From: the human T2T-CHM13v2.0 reference genome, Homo sapiens
Length of the DNA: 64,000 nt
Assembly: GCF_009914755.1 (NCBI RefSeq)
Contig: NC_060937.1
Reading direction: 5' to 3' (one strand)
The notes under the pieces were generated by a model. It had not been told where the DNA came from and did not search any database. It worked only from the letters and a program-made list of their open reading frames with translations. Both the position numbers and the translations under genes were made by a program. This document shows positions 40,785 through 54,223 of the stretch, piece after piece (within the stretch, counting starts at the first letter, position 1; each line of letters begins with the position of its first letter).

Positions 40785-42012
40785 TAGCTTTCTTAATCAT
40801 TTTTGTCACCTTTAATTATGAAATTAATGCTGGTTGTGCAATAATGTCAATGTAGTGACAATCATGTGAACAAAGTCCTGCCAAGGGAGAATTTTCCCAG
40901 ATCAAGTTTCTTCCAGGTGTTTGTACAGTGTTTGGGAATTAGGTGTAACCAGGAATATTTGTACAAGTTAGTATATGGTGGTAAATCTCTCATTGTTATC
41001 TCATTTTTGCCAGAGTGTATGTACTTTTCCCCTTTATCTAAAAATCCTTTCTACTATACCAAATGCCTTTGTTATTTTTCCAGGATGGTTGCAGAATATT
41101 TTAAGTTTGTATAGCACACAATGAAAAAGATGAGCCTGAGGGGTAGTTAACTTTTACAGATGCTAGAATTTATAATCTCCTTTTGTTTATTCACCTAAAC
41201 TATGAAGACACAGGAAATTTTCCTTCATCCTAGTCTTCTAACTTCAGAGTTAGAGCTAGTGTTCATCCGAACAACTTCTAAAAAGACGCTATTAGATTTG
41301 ACACTCACTACAAAAAAAAGTTTTAGTTAATCTCCATCAGCTGTTGAATAGCTGCTGAAATTTTCACCAGCAGATTCAATTTAAAATCTTTCTTAAGCTG
41401 TACTAATTTCTCCCACTACAAACACTTCACAGTTTTGGATAGCATGTTTAAAAGTTACCTTATTGAGTATATTGCCGCACTCTCTTCATGAAGAATTCCA
41501 GACTCTATTAAGAGATCTGACTGATCATGGAAAAAACAGCGATTTTTTTTTTCACTTCTTATAAGATTCATTTGTTAAGTTTTTCTCATTAATGCTATTA
41601 GTTTGCTGCCTTTTCTCTAAATTTGAAGGACTGATATTAGAAGATGGTTATGACTGAGTTTTAGGTTCTTTTTTGAGGTGGGTCCAGTTGGGAGTGATGG
41701 GGAGTATGTTACAGAAAAGTGATTTAGGATCCCACAGAATCCACATACGAGCCGATCAAAATAAACTTTCCTAGAAGGAAAATCTTTAGGCAAAAGATAA
41801 TGCATAAGAAGCATGAGAAATAAACATTATAAACAATCTTAACCAAATTATTACAGGTAAATGTTTATGCTTCAGTCAAGGCAATGGCTATATTCTACAG
41901 GAGGTATCAGACACAAAGAGCTGGAAATAGGTCAGAGGGAGGACAATAAGGAGAAGGAAGTAAGGACAATAAGGAGAAGGAAGTATTTTTTCCTCATTTT
42001 CTGGATACCAAG

Positions 42013-42362
42013 TGATATGGTTTGGCTCTGTGTACCCACCCAAATCTCATGTCTAATTGTAATCCCCACGTCAGGGGAGGGGCCTGGTGGGAGGTGATTG
42101 GATCATGGGGGCAGATTTCCCCCTTGCTGTTCTCATGGTAGTGAATACTCATGAGGTCTGATGGTGTTAAAGTGTGTGGCACTCCCCTCACACTCCTGCT
42201 GTCATGTGAGATGTGCCTGGCTTCCCCTTCCACCGTGATGCCATGATTGCTTCTGGAGGCCTCCCTAGCCATGCGAAACTGTGAGTTAATTAAGCCTCTT
42301 TTCCATTTAAATTAGCCAGTCTCAGACAGTTCTTTATAGCAGTGTGAAAACAGACTACCACA
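42013..42362 (+). mobile_element. MSTA-like MaLR solo LTR
   Basis: TGATATGGTTTGGCTCTGTG...ggggcctggtgggaggtgattggatcatggg...ctttatagcagtgtgaaaacagact. Confidence 0.85.
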
Positions 42363-43069
42363 CGTATCTTAAATTCTTCCAAAACGCTTCCCTTTTTTGT
42401 GGTTTCTGAATTCCTTTTCTCATTCTAGATTCAACGTTTAAAAGACTCAGTTTAATACTTTCTTTCTGTGCTGTGAATTACAACAGCTGAGGAAGAGAAG
42501 TCTGACTACTCACTAGACAAGGGTCATACCGGGGGTGATGAGAAGCAGGTATACCTGGCCTGTAGTATACCGCAAATTTTGTTTCCTACTTTCTACCCTA
42601 ATTTAGTTAGGACTACTTTCTCTGGCTATGAGCTGTGAGGCCAAAAAAAAAAAAAAAAAAAAAAACCAACAACAACAAAACAATTTTGGGTGAAATTTGC
42701 TGAGTTAAAAACTAAACTTGAAGAGCAAAATAAGTACTTAATGGTGTTGTACTAAGTTGCCAGGTGTTCCTCTCTATATTTTTGACACTGCTCATCTTAG
42801 AGAAATGTCTTTGCAAGCTAGTAGTCTCAGGCAAAAAGAAAGAAAGAAAAAATGTAAAGACACCTAGGAACTTGGAAGACTAGAGAAGCTGAGTTTGGAA
42901 ATTAGAAAAACTTAAAAATCAAAGGAAAGATTGGATCAGGACCTAGAATCATAAAAAAGAATATTCTGGTAAACATTCATAGTATGATTGCTCACTTGCT
43001 ACAATTGTAATAGCTGATAAGAATTTATCCTGTTTCTCTCTCTTTATATGACTATACACAATAACTTAC

Positions 43070-43259
43070 ATCCTTTAAGTGAATATTATCAAGGTCACAG
43101 TTGCTGTGCACTGTTTCAACCAACCAGCCTTCTGGAGTAATCATGTTGAGGATTAGGAGGGGTGATTCAGGAATATCCAAAAATTTTGCCACTGGTCCAA
43201 GAGAAGAAACGTCATTAGCCCCTGACATCAGTTCTGGTTCCAGAACAAAACGGTAAAAG
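43070..43259 (-). CDS. UGGT2: UGGT2 coding exon (probably 27): (S)FYRFVLEPELMSGANDVSSLGPVAKFLDIPESPLLILNMITPEGWLVETVHSNCDLDNIHLKD
   Basis: ttaacAG acceptor, GAT|GTAAGT donor, 190 nt, phase 2 to 0. Confidence 0.97.
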
Positions 43260-43859
43260 CTGTTAATAAAACATAAAAATACATAATGTGACCAAAACTG
43301 AGATTTTTCTTTTAAAATATTTTCAAAATTGAAAATTGCTTAATGATCTGACCAGAAGTCTACAATCAAAAAGACTAAGATGCATTATACTGCAGAAAAG
43401 TTAATGCTTATGAGAAATAGACAATCATTATTTGTTGACACTACTATCTAAGTCTATGTATATTATCTACCATTGTTAACTATTCCTTAATGAACATGAT
43501 TAGAATCCCTTTAAGATATACCTGACTTATGCAGGTTCTAGGAGTTTATGATCTGTTATTGTATTATGATTTGTATGCATCCTCCTTCAAATCTGACCAT
43601 GGTCTATTTTTCAGCTATTTTATTAACTTTTACCACCACTAATAATATGAAGAGAAATGGTAGGAAACAAATGAAATTCAAGCTGAAATTCTAGTACCAC
43701 TTTTAAAAGCTCAACTAAAAACAAATAGGATTAAGTTGAAAGCAACTGCTTAATAGCACTTTTAGACTTAACTTCAGTTTTGCTGTATTTTAACCTCATC
43801 CTTCAATATTGTGCACAGAATTATTATGTTATGCTATCAAGGCTAGTGGCTTTTACTAT

Positions 43860-44210
43860 TTTGAGACTGCAGTCAAGGTGTCAGCTGTGCTGTAGTTCTC
43901 TCAAGGCTCAACAAGGGTAGGATCTACTTCCAGGTTCTTCTAGTTCCCCAAGGGCTGTCTGAATGAGGACCGCAGTTCCTTGCTGGTAGTTGTCTGCAGA
44001 CTGCTTGCAGTTACTTCCCAAAAAGGCATCTCCAATATGCTTCAAAAGAGAAGCACACAGAAGAGCCACAGAGAGAGAATGTCAGCAAGACAAAAGTCAC
44101 AGTCTTTCATAACCTAATTGCAGAAGGGAAATTCCATCACTTTAGCCATATTTTGTTTTATGAGAGCCAAATCACTAGGTCTAGCTCTCACTCCAGGAGA
44201 ACTTTCAGAG
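43860..44210 (-). mobile_element. MLT1-type MaLR LTR fragment
   Basis: gcagtcaaggtgtcagctg...ggatctacttccaggttc...cacttt agccatattttgtttatgagagccaaatcactaggt. Confidence 0.55.
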
Positions 44211-45326
44211 TGTGAGTCCCAGGCAGTGGTGATCACTGGGAGCCATGTTATGCAGATAGACAAAGAAAATAAAAAGAGGAGAAACAGGAGAGAATACAGT
44301 CATGAAGTAAATGTTCAAAACAAATTCTTGCTGCAGTGGAAATATCAAAGAAAAAGTATTCTCTGAATGTAGTGAGTAGCAATTTCTTTGTGATTTGGTA
44401 AATACAATTTCAGTGGCAAAGAGAAAGTTAAAGAGAAACTGCAGTGGAAGGTACAGTGAATGAGATATGAAGACAGAGTCTGACCATTCTTTGAAGAAAT
44501 TTAGTTAAGAAGGAATGAAGAAGAGGGAAAAAAAAGACTCTAGAGGAGAGAAAGTTAAGGGAGCAACTTTTAAAAAAATTGAATAACTTTAAGGACTGAA
44601 TGAAAAAAGCTAGTATAGAGATTAAAGATCCACAAGAGAGAATATGTGATATAGCAAGGATCCAGAACAAACAGGAAAGCATGAGATCAAAACAGAGTGG
44701 GAATGTTTAACTAAAAAAGAAGAAAGATGCCTCATTCCTTCCCTACAACACAGGAAGGCTGAGGAAGTATAGCAGTTAAGAGTAAGAAGCTGAGGGGATT
44801 CCTGCCCTTAACCTGTCTCATCTCTGAGAAGAATAAATTTACTAAAAGGAAAGGGCTGGGAATAAATGTGTATGCTAGGTTGCTTGATATATGCTACTGA
44901 GTTAATAAGATTCTGTTGAACTACTAGTTAAAAAAATAACTGTATACTCTAGTACATTATTTCATTTAGAAAAGTCAATTCTTTCCCTCCCAGTAGATTA
45001 TGCTTGCTTATATGTTCAGTAATCCTATTCTTTATTACATAATGTGATGTTTTACAGAGAGGACCCCTACTCCTGTGAATAAAAATTCTGTACTTATGGA
45101 ACTAACAAACCTTTCAATTAGTAGCTAAAAAATTTAAAGTTTTTGTTCAGATGTAAAAAGGCATGTGATAAAATTTAAAATACAAAAGATAAATGAGAAG
45201 CATAAAAACTCAATGAGATATATGGACAAGAGTCTTGAGGGACAATGAATAAGTCCTAAACTTTCACTTAAATTTCCCACATTTTCCATTTTATTGCTTT
45301 CCAACTATTAAAAATACTTAGGTTTA

Positions 45327-45656
<330 letters not shown>

Positions 45657-46470
45657 GTTCCGCTCAAGGCAACATCTATAGTATGTCAGTTGTAACAAAT
45701 ACAATTTGAAAAGTAAACAAGGAATGAACAGAATGCTACCTGTCTTGTGTGTGTATGCATACATTTTTTGTTTAGAATTACATCATTAAATAATACAGAG
45801 ATGAGCACATTAAAAAGTCTTAAAAAGCTATACTAGTGCAATGGTACATACCCTGTTTTCTGCCCAATGACACATGAAGGAGAACTGAATATTCCCATCA
45901 ATAAGAATGGCTCATAATGAATGACAGTGATTCTGATCCACAAAGAAGAGAAAGGGTATATTTTTGTCCCCTCTTGAGAGAGAATGTTATTTCAACAGAA
46001 GAGTGTTAATGAGGAATATTTGTATATAATTATAAACAACACTTTTTTATATCTCTGGCAGGTTATTCTAAGCTAATTTTATCCTAATGCCCCCAAATAG
46101 TAAATGTGATGATATAATAAAGATCATTTTGGTAATTCTGCTAAACCAAAAATGGTTTAATTCCACCTTATTTCCCATTGATGTATATCTAAATAGGTAT
46201 TCCTAAATCACATTTCCAAAAATACCTATGAATAAATATAAATCCATGTAAATTCTGTAATTAGGTCAGATCACTTTGCTGAGTTAGGTTATTTTAATTT
46301 TTATATCAATTTTAAGTCAGTTAAGGTTAGTAAATAGTCTGACCTTCTGACTTATTTCTTTGAAGCATCTTGTGAAGAAAAGAAAAAACCAGGTCCAGTA
46401 ACAATGATTGTTTTTTTCTTCTCAGCATTTACAAATTTTTCAAAATGAAATTTTGTTCACTCAGACTCAC

Positions 46471-46550
46471 CTTTCTAAAGGGGCTTCTGAAAGCCTGCCC
46501 CTACAGTTCATGAACAACTTTATCTTCATGTTGATAATCTTGCCAAGTAC
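46471..46550 (-). CDS. UGGT2: UGGT2 coding exon (probably 26): VLGKIINMKIKLFMNCRGRLSEAPLE(S)
   Basis: ccaatAG acceptor, AAG|GTGAGT donor, 80 nt, phase 0 to 2. Confidence 0.97.
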
Positions 46551-46589
46551 CTATTGGAAAGAAATTCCCATGTTTGATATTAAATAATA

Positions 46590-46800
46590 TTAATAGCTAA
46601 TATTTATTATGTATTTACTATGTACCAGGTACTATATTAAAACTTTATGTTCATTATCTCACTTGATCCTTACAACGCCCTGCTGAAATAGTACTTTTGC
46701 AGTTTAGGTACAGAGAGATTAAGGTCACACAGAAACTCACAGCACAGGCAAGATTTTAATCCAAACAGTTGATTTCAATGTCCCAGGGTTATGCTGCTTG
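46590..46800 (-). mobile_element. MIR
   Basis: atagctaatatttattatgtatttactatgtaccaggtact...cattatctcacttgatccttacaac. Confidence 0.75.
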
Positions 46801-47396
46801 CCCTTTGCCTAAAGTGACTTTTTTTCATAGTATCTAAATTTCCTTAGTATTGAAGAACAAGGAAAATAATTACTAGAACCTTGATCTGCAAATACAAAGT
46901 GGTGACCTTACAACAACGTTGGTGGTGTCCTGATTCTTTTGGGATTTGGAAGTTCTTGGCTACCTACGAATAAATACTTTCTTTTCATTTCCCTGGATAG
47001 TAAGAAGTAGAGGAAGAATTACTAATTTTGATAGTCCCCATCTCCACATAGGCAACATGTCAGTGAAGATTCTAAAGCTGTTAGATAACAAATGATATAG
47101 GTAAAGGGAGAAGTAACAAAACAGATATATGTAATAGAAAGGATACAGGCTTGATGAGAAATTAGAACATAAAGACTAAGGATTTAAGAGATTTGACTTT
47201 CAATTCTTATTCTATCACTCATCATATCTGCTACTCTGGAGGTCACTGAACCACTGTTTTTCTCAAGTGTTAGATGAGAAACTATCCATTTCTTCCAATA
47301 AATTATCCTTTTATAAAGTAAGAAATAAAGTATGCTATTATTACCAATGATGGAAACTGGAATGCAATTCCATATTTTATATCTCTGTATAATTCC

Positions 47397-47648
47397 TTTT
47401 TTTTTTTTAAGAGACATAGTCCTGCTCTGTTGCCAAGGCTAGACTGCAGTGGTGTGATCATAGGTCACTGTTAACTTCAAATTCCTGGGCTCAACCAATT
47501 CTCCCACCTCAGCCTCCTGAGTAGTAACTATGACTAGAAGTATGCAGCATCATGTTTGACTAATTTATTTTTTATTTTTTTAGAGACAGGGTCTTGCTAT
47601 GTTGCCCAGGCTGGTCTTGAATTTCTCAAGTGATCTTCCTGCTTTGGC
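47397..47648 (-). mobile_element. Truncated AluJ
   Basis: Reverse Alu with partial left arm. Confidence 0.85.
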
Positions 47649-48844
47649 TAATTCCGTATTTCTTACTCCTAAATTCTACTTTTATATAAAAAACTTACAA
47701 ATTTAAGTAGTGTTTTTTGAATAATGACTCTTCATAGGAATAGGGATTTTGCATACTAAAAAGCATCATACTAGCTCCACTCCTTTCAGATATGATTGCT
47801 TTCTAAAGAATAATCTGAATAGTGTATCTCAAGACATATAAATTTGAAGGTATAACCAATGCTAAAAGAACAAATAGGTAAATCAGCTATGGTTTGTCCT
47901 ACTCGTTTCATAAACTGAACAGCTAGAATGACAAAGTCTTTCCAAAATTATTTGTCTCCACTAATAAAATCTCATTTTCCAATGAGATTTGGCAGTGCGC
48001 ACTAAATTCTAAAAAAAATTGCATTTTGAAATTTTGATATACAGCGAATCATATGGCTTGATCACTTACATTTTCACCAGACTCAATATCTAATTACTTT
48101 TGCCTGTTTCAAAAGTGAAGTTGACTACCAAAGGACAAATAGTTTGTAAAATTTTCGATATCAGTAGAAAAACATACAGCCTTCTAATGGGACTAGCTTA
48201 TTCAAATTTAACTACTGAAGGCTGCATTCTAATTTGAATGTTTGACATTCTAAGTAAAATGGTAAGCCACATAAGTCCTTTTGGAGACTGATATCTGTCT
48301 CTTCGCATTCATTTTCCTCTTTCACAGGGAAAGAATTTCCAGGTTAATGCAGGACTTGTGGGCATAGTTTCCAGCCTCCCTTGTCATTCAGTGTAGCCAG
48401 CCTGCGGACATTCTGGTCAGTGAGAAGTGATAGGACAGCATACATCTAACTTTGGGGCTGTGCTCTTATTCTCCCCTTCCTCCTGGCAGAAGTGCAGAGA
48501 TGATGTTAGGGCCTGACTGGTGATCTTAGGTGCTTCGTGACAGCTCAACAATGACACAGGCAGTGCCTGAGTCCCTCACACTGTGTAGCTGCCTTAGCAA
48601 CCCCAAGGCAGCCTACACTTAGACCAGGAGATGAAAGAAAGAAACTTCAGTCTTGAAAGTAGTGTTATTTTGGCCTTTGTTATAGCGGCCAAACCTATAG
48701 AATACAAACTCCATGTTTCCCCTTTCCTCGGCTTCACTTGTTTGGCTAACATTATTTATTATTTATTACACTTTAAGTTTTATCCAATTAAGCTTAAGCT
48801 TCAGCTTCTCCAAAAGCCACACTTCACAACATATGAAAGACACC

Positions 48845-49247
48845 TGTATTAGTCTTCTCAGGCTAATATAACAAAACACCACAGATGGAGTGGTTTAAAC
48901 AATAGAAATTTATTTTCTCATAGTTCTGGAGGCTGGGAATTCCAAGATCAAGATGCCAGCTGATTTGGTTTCTGGAGAGAGCTCTCTTTCTAGTTTGCAC
49001 GGGGCTAACATGTCACTGTGTGCTCAAATAACCTCTTCTTTGTGAAGTCTCCCTCTGTTCATCTTTTAAGGCCACCAATCCTATTGGATCAGGGTCTCAC
49101 CCATATAACCTCATTTAACCTTAATGATCCCCTTAAAGCCCTATCTCCAGAGAGAGTCACATTGGGAGTTAGGGCTTAAAGTTCACTGAGACCTATTTCA
49201 TGTGTTGAAATATGAATTTTGTGGGGAATACAATGCAGTTCACAGCA
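48845..49247 (-). mobile_element. MLT1A-type MaLR solo LTR
   Basis: tgtattagtc...atttattttctcatagttctggaggctgggaattccaagatcaag...cacagca; perfect 5-bp TSD acacc. Confidence 0.85.
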
Positions 49248-49440
49248 ACACCTAACCTCAGCACAGTCATAACAACACCCTGTGCACAGCTCCATCATTT
49301 CATTTTCTACATTGAAATATGACACTCTATTAAAATGGTGAAGGATCAAGAGCATAAACAGCTGATTATATTTGAAAACAGACTTGAAAAAATTATGAAT
49401 TTAAAAACAAAAACATTTAGTCTAATTTATATTATCTTAC

Positions 49441-49543
49441 AACCAACAACTGTGCCATTTTCTGTGCTTCTCTTGTTAATGGATCAACAATAGCAATGAC
49501 ATTGAAGAACATATCATTCTCTTGAGGATTCGTCTTTATAACA
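49441..49543 (-). CDS. UGGT2: UGGT2 coding exon (probably 25): (S)VIKTNPQENDMFFNVIAIVDPLTREAQKMAQLLV
   Basis: ttttcttAG acceptor, GTT|GTAAGA donor, 103 nt, phase 2 to 0. Confidence 0.97.
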
Positions 49544-52489
49544 CTAAGAAAATAGAAAATAAGATGAAAGATGACGTGTTAAGTTTATACAAACAACTAA
49601 TCATGATCTTAGCTATATAATTCTTATAAATTGTTTTCTTTCTCACTAAAATTGTAAAATACTGGTTATTTCACACAATGCTTGCAAATCTGAAAATCTG
49701 TTTTCAACAAATTACAAAACTGAAAAGAATGAGAGAAAATGAAGTAAGGTTTTATGAATGAAATGATTTTTTAAAAGCCTTTCAAAGAATGATCCCATTA
49801 GTGTAAAAACTCTGATAATTTTAGGCCCTCAACATTCTCATGGATTGTACAATTTAAAAAATAAAGCTAAGATGCTTTTGTGTTAGTGGAATATATTTCT
49901 TTAGATTTGAGAATAAAATTAACTATTCATACTTTATTAAATTTAGTATTTCAAAAAATCAATATACTATAACAGGTAAGTTCAGGAACAAAAATATCCA
50001 AATTAATCATACTTTATTTTGATCCCAGTCTTCCTCTCCTCACCTCATTCCCTCTGTCCTATCCGTTTTTATCTTTCACCGATAAAAGTTCTAAATTAGA
50101 AGATGGACTAGTTTTTTAAAGGGAAATGAGAAAATGATTAAAAGTACAGAACAGGCCAGAGGGAGACAGTCAATTCTACATTTAATATAATTAAAAGTTA
50201 ATCATGTATATTTGATTAAAAGCAGAGAATATGTTACTGAATTACTGTTTTAACACTATAATCATGTAGGAAATATTTTTCTCAGATGTAGGATGAATTA
50301 ATTATACATTTTACATATTACAAAGGAAAAAGGTTACCAAATCAAGAGGTACATGTGTAGTTACAGGAATATTAGTTTCTTTGGTAGGAAAAGGCTTCTG
50401 CAGTGAGGGGATTAATTGCTCAGCAATTTTTAAAAAGCTAATATAAACACTTACTTCAAATATGGGTCATCTAAATAGAAAACTGCAAGACATTTTATTT
50501 TCTAGGCAGTTGACGATTTAATTATCTTAAAATAAGAGGGGCATAGTCAGACAACAGACCTTAATGGATAATTATTGCTAGACCTAAGAGCCACAAATCA
50601 GACGTTCTGCTATTAAAGTGACTCTTGACAATTGTTGCTTCCTGTAGTTACCTTGGTGAACACTTTACAAATTACTACCCTACTTTGTAACACCACTCAA
50701 AACTGGTCATTTTATGTATGCTGTATGAGATGTAATTATGGTTTCAGCATGCACCTGTTTACTGCTGCTTTTTTCTCCCAGACTGCTAATTCTATGAAGT
50801 TGTATGAAGCAGAATTCCATAGTCCCCACCATCTGATTATACATGTACAAGACAGTTCTGAGTAGAATCCTGAGCCCACTAGTAGATAGTACACTGACTA
50901 ACCCAAGAATAGAACAGAACATCCTATTTCTCATGCAATATTAACAACAAGATGCTAACTACCACCTATTTAAGGTAACAGATTTGTACTCAATTGCCAA
51001 AAAACTATTGATACACTTCATGTCATTAGCCAGAAGAATACTGTCAAGCACAGTGACAGTTAATTAATTATTAAAGTCCATGTCAGAAAAAAAAGGGTGA
51101 AGAACTGCTTAGGTATACACAGTTAATCAACTCTTACAGATATATTGAACACATTTCAAACAGGCCGTTGCAATAGAAAACTCTGAGTTGAATTTTGTTA
51201 TGATACTGTTAACCTATCTATAAAATAGGTCAAGTAATCTATTTTAAGAATATTGAAAACACTGTTCATTATATAGCATCCTCTTTATAAAGGCTCCCGG
51301 GAGAAATTCCTCTGTCTTCCCTCTTCTAAGAATAATTACACTTCATCTGAACATCTAGTTTGTTTTCCTCTCATGAACTTGGGAACTGTATAAACTGGAA
51401 AACTTAGAGCCAAATTCATGGTATGCTCATGACAGGAGGGTCATTATTGCCGCAGCCTGCAAGGCTTCCTTCAAGACCTCATAGTTTCTCACACAACTTA
51501 CATTCAATGTTGTAAGTTCCTGGGATGATGGGGTGAGTAGTTAGGATTGCTATTTTTGCCTTTGTCTAAGATGTTAGAAGAATGTCAAATCCACAGAGTC
51601 TAAATGGAAGGGAATAGGCTAATATAGAGATCTTTCAGGGCTGGGGAAAAAATATAATTGTTTTTTCTCATTTTTCACTTTATTCCAGATTTCAATATAC
51701 TCCTACTCTTTCTCCTTTTGCAAACCTTCTAATTTAAGTTACCCTGTCAAATTTAAATTTTCTTATAAGCCAATTTAAATTTTAAAAGTTGGAATTAAGA
51801 TCAAACATATCAATACAGAAATAACGGATTTATAACAAGTGTTTTAACATATTTAATTATAAAATGACTCCCTATAGACATAGAAGCAGAATGGCAAAGA
51901 TATAATACTGTGTTTAAATATATATATACATGTATACACACACATCTCTCTAAAAAGCTGTGAATAAATATTTTTATGTGATTTTAGAAGTAAATGCATA
52001 TGCTCATGAAATATACAGATATAACTATGGAAGTAATACTGATAATTCATAAATTCAAATGTAAAGTGACCTGAAGTATTTGCCCATCACTGTGGCATAC
52101 TGTATTATCCTAATTATCAATTTCCAAAGGTTCACTGACATTTTCTAAAATTCAATAACAGAGTGTGACTTTAATGTAGAAATTTACATATAAATTTAAC
52201 CGTATTTATATTATTATCTCCCTTGATAGGAAAGAATGCTCTTTGACAGACAAAAAATGGTATTTCTAGAGAAAATTACTAAAGGTGATAACTGTAAGAC
52301 ACTTGAGTGAGCTCAGGGAATCTTCAGTAGTATTTTTTTAAAAAGCAGTTTAGCTACTTTTACAATTAACGAGGCACTCTCATAGAGAATATGGGCATAG
52401 AAATCACATATGATAGTGATTAAACAGCCTTTTATTTCCATCCTACCACAGGAGCCTGACAGAGTAAATCCTTGGACCCTTGGTCCACG

Positions 52490-52765
52490 CAGCAGCTTTA
52501 TAATGTGTCAACTTGACCAGGCTAAATCATATTTTCCAGAATGTTTCTTGCTTGGGCGGGCAACAACAGAGATTCTCAGGAGATCTAGAGAACAGAGAGG
52601 CAGCAGCAGCAATTTTGCAGCTCACACACTTGCTGCTGATCTGCTGATTCACCTTGCTGGCCTGAGGCAGCAGCCGGGCCTACAACAGTTCAGCTTTGCC
52701 TGGACCCTCTCTTCACTCCTTTGAACTCTCGCGCATGCATGTGTGTTTAGCTTTGTGACAGAGGC
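52490..52765 (+). mobile_element. Degenerate ERVL-type LTR fragment
   Basis: ttataatgtgtcaacttgaccaggcta...ttttccagaat resembles 5' ends of old ERVL LTRs; family uncertain. Confidence 0.4.
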
Positions 52766-53140
52766 CACCCTACATTTGATTAATCAGAACTCTTCAGTCA
52801 CTTTACACATTGAAAATATAAAGATAATATTATTTATGACTATCTTGAGATACTGCAAAAATTACAAATGATCTTAAGTATGAAAGATATTAAAAATATG
52901 ACAAATTATAACATGTTTAACTTACTTGAAATTTCGTACACTCTCTCTCCATATATATTACCCTTTATTTACTAGAATATATAACTAACTGGAATTTATC
53001 TTCCTAATACTGTCAAATACATTTATTCCCTAATAAATAACTTTTAATTCTACCTTAAATTTTACCATGTTATGAAAACAAATGGAAATAATTGCATGCA
53101 TTAACAGAAAAATCACAAACAAATACGAATACATTCTTAC

Positions 53141-53236
53141 CTGTGATTCTCCCTAAGAAATGTGACATCATATCGAGATGCACGCTTAGGCACAGAGGAC
53201 ATAAGGGCATCAACTTTCATAATAAAGTCACTCATG
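53141..53236 (-). CDS. UGGT2: UGGT2 coding exon (probably 24): (N)MSDFIMKVDALMSSVPKRASRYDVTFLRENH(S)
   Basis: ttatctAG acceptor, CAG|GTAAGA donor, 96 nt, phase 2 to 2. Confidence 0.97.
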
Positions 53237-53758
53237 CTAGATAAACAAGACAAACAGTGTATGAGTTTTTTGGAAAGAGTTCCATATTTCATGTTACAAT
53301 TAATGCTTCAAGAAAGGTTTTATATATCTGAACATGGTTAAATCTACCAAAGTAGACTGCAAAGGGAGACCTACGTATAATAGCATTTCTCTAAAACAGT
53401 CACAGCCTTCAACACAATAAACACCAATAATGGATATTTACACATGAAGCAAAAAGACAAATATGGGAACCATGCATACAATCTATAGGAAAATGGTTAC
53501 CTCTTGGGGAGGGAGGAGACTGGGGTGGATGGGTAAGAAACAAGGAGAAAGACAGAGCCAAGGCAAAGAAAACATTAACATCTACAGTTTTGTGATGGTG
53601 AGTAAATGGATGCCTTTTATTATTTGCTTATATTCTTTATATATGTCTTTTATTATACCTTTACTTGTCTATATATTTGAAACATTTTCTAATCTTAAAA
53701 ACATTAGACTCAAAATACCAAACCCAAAATGAATTGCTCTTAGAACTTATATACTCAC

Positions 53759-53883
53759 TTATTTGCATTGATTCCCATATTTTCAACAATGCCTTTAATT
53801 TTCTCTCCTAAATTACTAAATGTTATCTTTTCCAACAAGTAAAAATCTTCTGCATAAAAATCTTCATCTAAAGGTCCTAAGAA
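53759..53883 (-). CDS. UGGT2: UGGT2 coding exon (probably 23): FLGPLDEDFYAEDFYLLEKITFSNLGEKIKGIVENMGINAN(N)
   Basis: ttttaAG acceptor, TAA|GTGAGT donor, 125 nt, phase 0 to 2. Confidence 0.96.
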
Positions 53884-54152
53884 CTTAAAATAAAAACAGT
53901 TATATTATCATATATCTTCTAGAAGATATCAGTTTAGGAAAAACATTTCCTCATCAAATAGATATTTCTTTATTAAGCAAAAATGAATTAGAGATTAAAG
54001 ATATGGTAGCTATTAATCCTGCCATTTACTAAATACGCTAGGAAACAAGATATACTTTCTCACTTTGATATTACAAATAACATTTGTATAAACACCAAAA
54101 TCAAAGTGACAATATAAAAAATTAGCAAATTATTTCCATTAGAAAGTTTTAC

Positions 54153-54223
54153 TTTGAAACATAAATCATAAATCATGATTTGAAACATAAATCATAAATC
54201 GTGATTTGAAACATAAATCATGA
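54153..54223. repeat. 26-bp minisatellite, ~2.7 copies
   Basis: tttgaaacataaatcataaatca(t/g)ga-type unit x2 plus tttgaaacataaatcatga. Confidence 0.92.

Noticed and set aside
52410-52724. 104-aa plus-strand ORF
   Set aside because: Overlaps a decayed LTR-like segment and has no recognisable domain.
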